From Callorhinchus milii (taxonomy: Eukaryota), in the NCBI RefSeq assembly GCF_018977255.1, contig NW_024704743.1, positions 37,016,001 to 37,080,000 on the forward strand: DNA of 64,000 nt, given 5' to 3'. Shown in pieces: positions 1 to 11,733 of this stretch. The position numbers were made by a program, and so were the translations under genes. The notes under the pieces were generated by a model. The model did not search any database. It saw only the letters and a program-made list of their open reading frames with translations, and was not told where the DNA came from. The first letter of the stretch is position 1. The number at the start of each line of letters is the position of its first letter.

Positions 1-3000
1 TGTAACACCTCATTCTTTTGAGTAACGATGCAATAATTAGCCATTTTATTCCAAAGTCGTCAAATACAGATATATCTTACCTAAAGTATTTTTTTAAAAT
101 TTTTATAAAAAGGTTTAATAAATTGTATTTCTTAATTCGGCGGTACCAAAGAATTGCGTCTAAATGTAGCGATTCCTTAAGTATCAAATATGAATTATCA
201 AGTATGACATGCCAGAAGTAACTCCCCCTCCCGAGTATTAAGATGTTATCACTGTGCAGTCCAAAGCCACACTCTGCAAGCTCCACATTAACAGTGTCAA
301 AAAGTAATGTACTGGAAATATTTACCACACAACAGAGAATGTCTGTCAAGATGTGGCAGAATAGTTTCTATTGTGAACGGACTGAAGGAAAGCAATGTAA
401 AAACTTAGAAATCTATGGGACGCTTCCTCGCGTGAAGGGCAAGCTTTATAAATGCAAGTTGTTATCTCGAAGACGTGACAAGGTGCTATATCAAATGCAA
501 GGATTGTTATTATTGTTGTTGATATGGTAGCAGTTTAGGCTAAAAATCAAAGGGACGCAAAAGAAGGTTAAGGACTTGATTGAGCTCGTGAGGTGTCATA
601 TCTCATTGGTTCAATTCCCCCTCACCACCAACAATCCACTGAACTTAGGATACAAAGACATCATGGTGTGTTCTGCTTTCCTAATAATTAAAATTCATTG
701 AAATTCACCCAAAACCTTAATTGATATTTCCACAACGTTACTTTTCGTTCAGTAAATATGGTATTCCCTGTGCCAGCACTGAAATGCTGAGATCTGAGCA
801 TTACTCAGGATCAAAGGCAGCAGCAGAGGCTGGGTGGCTGCAGCAATGGGTTCTGCGCATTTGTGTTGTGTAATGTGGGAATTTAAGCAGCTAATAATTT
901 CCTGTTGCTTTTCCAGCTAGGACCACCTTACCTGTTAGGGCTTTGGCTTGCGTGGCTAACAGGAGCCAAGTGGGAAAAATCCCAGCCCCAGTGTGCTCCT
1001 CCAAGTTCAGACTGGCTAATCAGTTAACAGCGTCCTGGAATACTGTATACCCTCCTGGCTCAGGAGCCGGACTGTGAACACCACCGGAGGATCGACTTGA
1101 TTCTGATAAACCATTGCCAGACACTTCATCTTGTAACCTTCCTGTATACTCTTCCCTACTAAGCCCTGTGTACCTCTCCCCTCCCCAGGACGACGGACAT
1201 TTATCCACCGAGAAACGGAGTAAGCAGCTGGTGAATTTAACATTTTTAACAAGAATGTTCCTTATTTCTTTACAGTCTGGTGTTACCTGGTGGGGATTTG
1301 AAGGCGCATTTAAAATTTACACGAACCAGAAAAGGAGAAAGCAATATCAGTTCTAGACAGATCAAAAGGATTGCAGTTCAAAAATGCATCAGCATCAACA
1401 TTAACCAAAGCTGAATGCATGAATAGATATGGAAAGATGCTGGAAGACTCCAAGTCCAAGAATGCAAGAGTAATGTAGTTTGCAGGTTGTTGGGATCATA
1501 GCCTTCCTGTTAGATTCTGAAACCATTTAATCTTAATGCCCAACCTTGGCAATGATGCTATGGTTTGTGGCACCATTTAAATCGGATGTTAAGATTAGAG
1601 CAGTGAAATCGCTTTCATTTATCCACTCTCTCTTGGCGATTCACTCAGGAGAAACCCAGCTTTGTGAGTAAGGAAAATTTGTGATGTGTTATGTCAATAT
1701 CAATTTCCCTAATGTGCTTAATAATGGGTTTGCTGATTACAGGCCCAGAATTCTGCACGGATTTAGTCTGCAAAGCCATTTTGCCTTAAAATTTAAGACT
1801 ACGCAGAACTGCAGAAAATTCTTAGATGCAGCCTTACTTTGGAAGACATTTAAATACAAAATACATAGTCAATATATTTACAATATATTCTGTGATGCGG
1901 TTTGAGAGATCTCCATGAGGTGGTAAGGTGCTATGTCAAATGCAAAGATTATTATTTATTGCTGCCCTAAAAAGAACTAGCTTCCAAATTAAGAGTGCTC
2001 CATTATTCTGCACCACTTTATATTTTAGGACAAAATGGTCCTGTATGCTCAGACTGGGTAGAATTTCAGACTTTTTGACCTTGTTTCATTCACTTAGTGA
2101 GTTCAGATGTTTTATGCAAAAATCTTCTTGGTGCTAGATAAATGCAAGTTATTATTGTGATGTAATCCATTAAAGGTTATAACTTTAAACCATTTCATTA
2201 ATTTACAACAACTTTTATTTATATAGTGCCCCTGACACAGGGTAGCATCGCAGAGCGCTTGAATTTACCCTCAAATTATCGTGGCACTCTATATGGGTAA
2301 ACCAAGCAGTGGCACAGTCTCAGCCTACATAGACTGTGCAATATACAATAGAATACAATTTACATTTCTATAACGCCTTTCAAATTGGGAGAACATCTCA
2401 TTGCACTTCACATGTTGGTTTGGCACCGAAGCCAAGTTCACTGAAAGCATAGTCAAAGATACAGATCTTAAGGCGGGTTTTTAAAGTGGGAAGGGAGGGA
2501 GGGGACAAAGCAGAAGGACCTGGATGGTCTTCCAGAGATTGGGAGCAGAAGTAATGCATATGTATAGGTTTTGGTTTAGTTGATAGTAATTAGCGGTCAG
2601 AAGTTTGTGGGTTCAAGCTCCACAATCAGGATTTCAGCTTATAGTCCAGGCTACCATTGAGTAATGTTTGTTGGTGGCATTGCTGGGTTCCTACAAAAAA
2701 AACTACCCTTGACTGTAACTGCTCTTACATTGACCCCTCCTGATCCCAACCCCTACCTCAGGTGCAAATCCTGACTATTAACGCCTTGGGACATCCTCCC
2801 AACACTATACAAATGTAATTTGTTATTGCCCATGAGGCACTTTTGAGACATTTTTAAGATTTAAAAAATGCACGTTTGTGTGTTGTTTGTCTAACTATTG
2901 TGTCACTAAAAGCTTTTGGTTCAGGTTCAGATAAACGTATTATGGTAGGAGCAGTTTGATCTGATGCAGAGAAAGAGAGACAGATAGACAGAAGGGAGAG

Positions 3001-4129
3001 AAATGAAGCAACTAGATCCAGCAGAGAAAGCAGACAAATTGGGACTTCTGGGTACTAGATTCTCTGCTTTCAATAGTCAGGGTTGTTTGAGAGCATTTGC
3101 CTCAGTAGGAGGGTAAATTTGCCTCTCTTACTGTGATTGTGTTACTGTGTTATTTAAAAAAGTTAATAATGGACAGGAATAGTAATAATAGCATTTGATA
3201 TAGCACTTAAAACATTGTCAAAAAACAACTTAAAAAGCACTTCATAGGATATTTTGTAAAATGTAGTGACTGTGTATTTGTTGGTAAATATGGTGGCCAA
3301 TTTGCACACAATGACCCCCCAATCAGCCATGAAGTGGGAGATCGATTTCAACTGGAAAATTATTGGCGAGGATACCAGGAGAAACTTGTTTCTCTATTCA
3401 AATCGTGCCAATGGGATCTTTAACTTCTGCTTGTTCTTGGTTTAACATCTCACATTGAGCGTGACCTTTGCCTAAACAGCCAGTTGCACATGTGCCAACA
3501 TACATGCCTGGGTTTTGCAAAATAGTACAGAGGTGCAGCTTACAGGTCTCTGTATTTTGAGATAGGTATGATTGAAGTTATGAAAACTTATGTTCTTCTG
3601 TAAAAATAACTCTTTCCCCTAGATGACAGGTTTTCATTCTCAGCCTTATTGTTACTGAGAATATGAAAGGAAAACAAATTATGTGAAGAGAGGCAAGTCA
3701 GTTCTGGTTATTCCCAGAAGAGCAGTGGAGATTGATATCCTTTTTTCTCTATTCCAAGGTACATAGGAGTGAAAAGTGCATTTCAAAATTATTCCAGACC
3801 AAAAAAAAAAGCACAGAACAAAACTTCACTCATTTTACATAAAAACAGCTTTACATTTGTTTTGTTCAAAGGAATACTATATAGTAGTTTTGTTTCAGAC
3901 AGTGAAAAGATATTAAAAATATTACTATTTTTAATATTGTTGAACAGTCGTCAGGAAAACACGCAAAGTGTTTCTTTCAAAGTAGTGTTAAGGCCGTTAT
4001 GGGTTCTGTTTGTAGCTTTTGGTCTTCAGGAATGTCCAGTAAATCGATAAAGCCTCATGTCCATGAGAAAGGAGCGATTCAGAATCATAAAGCAGTAGTT
4101 ACTGATCTGCAGCGGACTGGATTAACACT

Positions 4130-4312
4130 TCAGGACTCTTGCCTAGTCATTTCAACCCCATCAGTTTTCACACTTTGGGGCTGCCTTGTGCAAAGACCAC
4201 TGAATGGATTGAACCATCCGATGGAGAAACTCCCTCCAAACGCTGCCTTCATTCCTTCACAACACAACTTCTTCTCCCAAGTGGGAGTTTCATTTTTGAG
4301 ACGCTCAATACC
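4130..4312 (-). CDS. ZDHHC3: ZDHHC3 alternative last exon (7b), ZDHHC7-like C-terminus
   Basis: Phase-0 acceptor ttgctatttccag then [60 protein letters not shown]; homologous to exon 7a. Confidence 0.8.
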   Translation of the reverse strand, partial: GIERLKNETPTWEKKLCCEGMKAAFGGSFSIGWFNPFSGLCTRQPQSVKTDGVEMTRQES

Positions 4313-7300
4313 CTGGAAATAGCAATGATGGCACAATATAATGTCTGCAGAAAATAATGGTATGTTTATCACAAAAACTTGTAATACTACACATTCACAT
4401 AGACAGAAATAGGACACAAGATGAGTCATCATCATTAATTTAAAAAATTGCTAAATGTCATTTGTTAAAAGATTTCAAACAAGCTCTGCCACTGCATCAC
4501 TCCTCAGGCTGCCTCCATACCCACCCTGGTCCAGCTCCACTGGCTCCCTATCCCTCAGAGGAGAGAGTTCAAAATTCTTAACCTCATCCTCAAGGCCCTC
4601 CACAGCCTTCTTACCTCAATGACCTGCTAACACCTTATCAACCTGTCCGCTCCCAGCAGGCTCCGGCCTGCCCCACCATCGGTGGTTGGACCTTCAGCCT
4701 CTCTACCCCCACCCTTTGTAACTCCATCCCAAAGTCCCTTCTCGCTCCCTCGGGTCCAAATCCCTGACAGTCCAGCGAATTGAGACGTCGGCCCGACAGG
4801 AAAGGCACTGCAGAAATTTAATTTTGTATTATATTATCACGAGCACATTTCTAAACTCCCTAGGATGTTTGCACCTATAAGGTTTGTACCAATAAAGCAC
4901 AGAAGGAAGTGCCTATTATTCGCCTTTCTTTGCCATCCAAATAAGAGTATATACATTTCACATGTAAATCTATTAACATATAAAGGGAATGGACTGAAAT
5001 AAGACAATATACAGATATTCAGCTGAATCACCCTTTTTTGTAAACCAGTACACAGATTGAGATTCTAAGAATATGTATATGAAGCATCTGAAAGGGCAAT
5101 TTTTCTGAATATTAAATTTGTACTCAATTTCTGGTCACATCTGCTATAAATCCATCAGAGTTCAATACACCAGTGGCTCTTACGAAGCCAGACACGAGAG
5201 GAATTTTGATTTCCTTTCCTTGACTAGAATATTTCAGTGGCACAGATCCAGAGGATAAGGGAAGACAAAGCTAAAATGGATCACAGAGTATATTGCATGG
5301 ACGGATTTCATATAGAAAGTATACCTGCAGCAATAAAGTACAGATTCTAGTTATAGTTGTGTGGAGACCATCTCTATTCCCATGAATAGCTGCAAGTGTT
5401 AAAAGACAAGAAAAATAGAGTTAGTAATGTTAGCAGCAGAGGCAAAAGTGAGAGTAACATGTAGGAGAAAAACAGATTCCACAGTTCCTTTTTTCATTGG
5501 TGTGAGATGAAAGTAAATAGTAAAGTGATGTTTAGATTATATATCAGTGTCAAAGGCTAGTAGAAAACTGGAGACATGACGGATTGCTCTAGGACTTCTT
5601 ATTCATTCCTGGGGTTGAATTCAATTATTTGCCTAAATTGATTTCTTTTATTTTCACCTCATCAGCAATCCAATCCAAACACACTGGAAGCAGCACAGAT
5701 ATGACCTCCACATTGTTTCATTGTTAAAATCAATTGAAGGGAGAGTAGTGATAGAGACATAGCTATCTATTAAGTAGATTGTATATGTACAATGGTTGGA
5801 TTTTAATTGATTCACATATTGATTTCCAATTTGAAAACTATAACCATTAATGAAAAACATGATGTTAAGGAAGTTCTTAAATAAACACACAAGATATGGA
5901 AATCTGGTATAGTAAAATGCATACATAAATATATTGTATAGTTGCATTCAAGAAGAAGCTAGACCTTCACATGAGAGACAGGGGAATAGAAAGATTTGGG
6001 AGAGAGTAAGAATGGGTGTGGAGTATAAACACCGGCATGTACTGGTGGGGCCGAACAGCCTGTACATTCCCTACATTCTTTGTAATGTAGATTAACAGTG
6101 AACTAGTCAAGATGGTCTTCATTCTCACCCCTCCCTACTGCCACAATTAAATTCTAATGGCATTACAGTGCCATATTCGTGCATAAAGGTATCAACCAAG
6201 TTACAGAAAACAAAAAAAACAGGCTTGCAAAGAAACACAAAAACGTAGTACAATGCAGGTGTTGGTTCTGCAGAGGCCTTAGCAATCAATCAGCAACTCC
6301 ATAGAAATTTTGACACTATTTACATAAGGATAACGGTGAATTCCAAGAAGACAGGCACAGTGTAGGCCGATGTTGAGGATCTAAATACATTTGCAGAAAG
6401 TTACTATTCGGCCAGATTAAGAACGTCTGATTTTCCAGTTACTTGTATTTCATAATCTGCAGCTGTAATAAGGAAACTCTCTTGTTCTCTCACCCTTATG
6501 CGCAGAGTGGAAATCTTTCCCTTTCGTTCTCACACTGCCTTTTGAAGACCAACCATATTGTTTAGAGTGTACCAGACAGTACATAGAAACCTTAACATTT
6601 CCTCATGGAACTCCAAAAGATAGATCTCACCTTGTTTGCTCACATGATGCCATTCCATTGGGAGTGATTCCATATAAAGTCTTACCACAATAAAACAATT
6701 TGCAACTGTCCATAGGGGCTCTTCAACACAGATGGAACAATATATATGCATCCCACCCAAGAACTGACTGAATTGCGCTCTGAAAAGTACGAGGGTGAGT
6801 GAACACACACTCGCCATTGCCTCACCAGGCTGATCTGCCCAGATGCACCATAGTAAGAGTTCCTGAAATGTGAGCAGAATGTGTTCAGCTACAGTATTCA
6901 TGACACCTTCTGAGACACTTGACTGTTTTTCTGAGGGAGGGAACCCAAGCAAAGAAATCCAAATCAAAAGCTGCTTTCAAGATCCTTTTCAACATCCTTC
7001 TTCAAAACCCTGAAAGCAGCGCAAACAAGGCCCTCTCTCCAATTATCCTGAGTTTGGTTGGCTGGAAGGAATATAGGAGACAAGACAGTTGAAACCTCAG
7101 TGGAGGGAGATGGTGGGGTGGGGGATGGGACAGGATGGGGGTGGGGGGGGAAATCAAATGTATCCCATCCCTTGGCAGTGCAGTGAGATAGTGCTCAAAC
7201 ATTCACCCGCTTGTCCCTCAACCAAACGTGTTTTTGATATCTGAACCTAAACAGTGAATGTCGGTCAGCTATTTGACCATGAGGCATTTCAGTCATACCT

Positions 7301-10300
7301 AATGTTGTTCTCTCAAACAATGCCCACTACATGCAGGAGTCACTGGATAGGGATCAGCATTCAGATTTAGTTTTTATTCTAGCCCAGTTGCACATAGGCT
7401 GAAAGCATTTAACTCAACGCATTACTTACTCCATTTCCTGGGTATTCTTCATGTGAGAGCCTAGAGGGCATTAGACATATTCAACCACCTATTTAATTCA
7501 CATATGTAGTTGTGGTATTTATTCTCTGTCTAAAGAGAAAAGGTGATTTGACTCCCACCTGTCTATTCTAGCAAGCTGACATTTAAGCAAAACTTATTGT
7601 AACAAGAATGAAAAAGGAAAGAATAGAGAAGTGTTACAACAACATTGCTTTGCTCTTGGGGAAGACATGCCAGTCTTTCCAACCAGAATCTTTAACAGTA
7701 ACTTTTAAGTAATTTAACCAAGCAGTGCAGCCCCCCCTAGGAAATAATAATCCTTGCATTTGATATAGAGCCTGATCACATCTTCAAAACGTTTCAAAGC
7801 ACTTCACAGAATATACTGTAGTGAATTGACTGTATATTTTGTGGGTGAAATCCAAACACAATACACACTCTTTGGAATTTATGTTTCTTTAATTGATAGT
7901 AGTATCCAAAAATCACACACACAGCATCCAGATTACATCTGAAGTAAATGCTTAATTATAATAATTTGAAACAGAAACCCTCAAGCCCCACCGCTTTTAT
8001 ACACAGTCTAAAACAGTTTTGTTGCTCCTCCCCTAAGCAAAATACAGGACACAAAGCTGCAAGAAACAATAATATTTAATGTCTGTTTTGGCAATGCTGT
8101 AATACTTATTCAACAAAATTTTAAACCAACAGTTAGTTTCCTCAATACTCTGCAAAGCAAAAAAGGCAAAGGCAGCCTTCAAATGACAGATAAAAAGCCT
8201 GGCATTGTGTCTTTTAAAAAAACAGTAATTTTCTTTGCAACCTTCACTTAATAATAAACAATATACATCTTTGCATATTCCAGCATTGCAAAGGAATTTT
8301 TAATCTTTTGAGGAAAATATGTGAAGGCATTTTGTTTTAATTCACAATAGTTTGTGATTTATTACAGCCAATATCAATGTTTTTGTCCAATATCAATACT
8401 GCATTACAATCTTCTTGAATTGCAAAGAGCTTTGTATAAATATTAATGCAAATTTTAGCTCTGCCTTATTATGGTGAATTCACCAGGTCCACCTGACTCC
8501 TTGAAAACAGTCAAGCATTTCATAGTCTAACCTTAATATACACAAACCTAGTGCAAGCCTGAAGTCTCCATTAGCTCCACTGACATTTTAGGAAATTACA
8601 GATCTACCCTTTCGTGCTATTCCTTTAATCCTTAATCAGACAGATGTACAAAATAATAAGTAAGTGTATGCCCAAGTCCCTGATTATTTTTACATGTAAA
8701 CATAACAAAAGCCTACTATTGAATGCACTTGTAATGCTCATACTCTTTTTAAAAAAGCATTTAAAATGGTTAGCTGGATATAAAAACTTAAACTTCCAAT
8801 TTTCTTTCTCCCTTCCCATCTCCAGAGGGGCTGGTTTCAGCAGGTGTACAGTCTACGAGTCACAGCAGCCCTCTGGGATTTTGCCCAAATAAATAGTGTG
8901 AACTGGAAAGCAATAGTTTAAATTAAGGGTATGGGAGGTGTTATAGTCGCTTCACTCAGTCTTCGCTCGACATGAGTCACTAGACAGTCATTAGGAGTGG
9001 TATCCCTGGCCAACTCCCCTGTCTCACATATATCCAATCTGGGATTCTGAAGCCATTTGTTCGCACCCCAATCAACCCCATGTCAGCTAACTGAGCCCAG
9101 AACACCGAGGTTTCCTGGTCTGCATATTCAGTTCCACACTTAGCAGATCATTTACCAATTGAGACACTGGTGGTTGAGTAAAATTTTAAATTTTGCAAAA
9201 TACTATAAACTATGCTCTTAAAAACCCTTGTTTTAACTATTCACAAGAGAGCATTTTAATTTTTTTTAAATCAGACTATGCTGTATCAAACTTTATACTT
9301 AATTTAAAATTTCTGAGAAGATAAACTTTGAGAGATTCACTACTATGGAGGAAAAGTCACTCCCAACAAAAGAAATGCTTTGATCATACCTACTCCCAAA
9401 CTAACAGCACCCTCCTCAATTCTTCCAATCTGTACCAGATACCACCAAGAACTTGGGAGAACAGAGCTGTTGTAGAAAGACTGCTGTTCCACACTCCTCT
9501 TAATCTCTCCCGATGTGAAAACACATGTCATTCATCACAGTTCTGCAAACTGAATACCATAACTTATAAAAGGCCTCATTTATGAGCAGCTAAGACAATT
9601 GTTAGTAGCTTTCACTGTACAGATACTGTAAATTGTAACTGAAGTGACTGAGAGGGGGAAAGAGAACAGTGAGACAGAAAATAAGATGGGAAGGGGGAAG
9701 GGAAGCATAACAAAAGGGGACAAAGGAAGAAGTCATTTTGTGGAGATTTCAAAAAAAAAATTCCATATTTGTTGGCACCACAGCCTCATTAGGGCCCACA
9801 CACAGATATCTATTTTAATTTTGGAAGATCAATTTCAACAATTTATCAGTTGAAAATCGTAAACATTACACATAAGAGTACTTTTCTATAGTACTGAATA
9901 ATGAAGACTTTATAAAAAGATTATGGGAGGCTCAGTTTCTCAGAATATTTATAGTAGCTACCATCAATTGGACTAAGAGTGAAAATTAATATAAAGGAAA
10001 ACAGAAAGGGAAATAATGCACTAAATTGGCATTCATGGCATTGATCTTTGAAGATTTCCAAGAATTGTTTTTAAAGTTTTCATGCAATACGATTTCATAT
10101 TTCACAGGTATGGGTGACACTGCTATCTATCCATGACACTAACCCACAAATGACTTGTGTAAATCACTCACTGCGGTGAAGCATACGACAGTTACATACA
10201 TGCACCATACAAATTGTCCAAGGGATACAATTGTTAATTAAATGAAACAGGAAGATAACCAATCCAATGCCATTGATGAAATTTGACCAAAGTTCCTTCT

Positions 10301-11100
10301 TGCCTAAGAGGTCTGTATGCACTGGACTTTAAAATAAGCGAATTTACAGTGCTGGTGATTTATTGTTCCTTTAAATACCTATCAATAAGCCTTAACGTTG
10401 AGGAGAAAGGTTTTCTTTTGTGAACACATGAAACAAATTCCAGAACGAGTGTGAAGATATCAGATTGCCATCATCAATCAAATCCGTGGGTATGAAAACT
10501 CCCCAGGATGAAGCAGAGGAAAGGATGCCAGGATCTCAGAGCTGCCGGGCAGTTATGTGGAAGCCACAGTTAATCTCATTGCACCCCATTAAGTACCATG
10601 AAGACCAGTAATGGCAACATGGTAGAGAAAACAGAGCTTTATACCACAGATATACAGTCACTGAGAAAGCATAAATGCATAATTTTCAGTGAAATATTAC
10701 CAATAGAAGGAACAAGCAGCAAGAAACAGCCCTAAATTGAAAAAAACCCTATATAGATTGATATTTTGAAAATCATCCATCAATCACTTCTAATAAAGAT
10801 TTTCTTCATTTCAGTTTTTCACCCATCAACAGTTTTTAAGAAACTTGCTAAGTATCAAAGGATAATCCTCTCTCCAAAGGCCTGATTTATGATGACCTCC
10901 ATTGTATTTGCAGCTTTATAATTTGAATTCATGAAACAGAGAAGGTTGGAACATGTTAAAAAACAAAGTGCACGATTTGATCATCCATATCTTTAAAAAT
11001 ATAGGCCACCAGAAAGGATACGGTCTTATAAATGTTACAATGATTGGTAATTTTAAGTATTTTAAAATGATTTTCAATTGAATTGCTGGCCTAGGATGAC

Positions 11101-11259
11101 TCAGACCACATATTGGTATGGGTCTATCTTCCCTTGGTCTGGAGTTGCGAATGGGCTTAGCCATGCTATTGAAAATGGATGACCGAACACAGCTTTCATA
11201 TTCATCCATTTTGTTTTTTTAGCCCATCTTCTCTCTTCCTTTTTCAACTGCTCTATTCC
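11101..11259 (-). CDS. ZDHHC3: ZDHHC3 canonical last exon (7a)
   Basis: [52 protein letters not shown]; total CDS 306+125+97+82+131+159=900 nt = 299 aa, with the typical ZDHHC3 -YQYVV end. Confidence 0.97.
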   Translation of the reverse strand, partial: GIEQLKKEERRWAKKTKWMNMKAVFGHPFSIAWLSPFATPDQGKIDPYQYVV

Positions 11260-11705
11260 CTGGAAACAGAAATAGCAACAGCTTAAATCAAGGTGGTCAG
11301 ATGATGGAGCGGACTTGTCACTACCCACTATACAGACCACTAGAGCAAAAATAAACCAGCAAAACTCAGATATTTCAATTGAAAAAACATTCGACACAAT
11401 TTTCAATTACAAAAATACAATAAGCAACTCAAGCGTTAGAAGTTTCAATTACATTTTAAAAAGAAATTTCTCTCCCCCTGCCATTTGTGGAAGTTCTCTT
11501 TGCCACCCACCATTCCTCGACCAAGTTGGCAGCAAGCTACCTGGTCCAAGATCTCCGAGAAAGCCTCTATACAGAAGTTACTAGTGCAATGGAGATGGAC
11601 ATGCTCTTCATGTTCTCATATTTCTTGTGAAACACCTCCCCAGATGGTCTGGATGAGACACAGAAATCGTACCGGGTATGTGTATATGAGAGTGTGATAA
11701 ATATA

Positions 11706-11733
11706 CACACACACACACACACACACACTCACA
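11706..11733. repeat. (CA)n microsatellite
   Basis: Visible run; others at 27555-27577 (GA)n, 28579-28601 (CA)n, 52393-52435 (CT)n(AT)n. Confidence 0.9.

Noticed and set aside
4130..4312. Separate ZDHHC7 gene or processed pseudogene
   Set aside because: Only a last exon with an intact acceptor; no other ZDHHC exons seen between 4312 and 11101.
6530..6967. 145-aa minus-strand ORF between ZDHHC3 exons 7a and 7b
   Set aside because: Non-ATG start, no recognisable domain, no similarity to the terminal exons.
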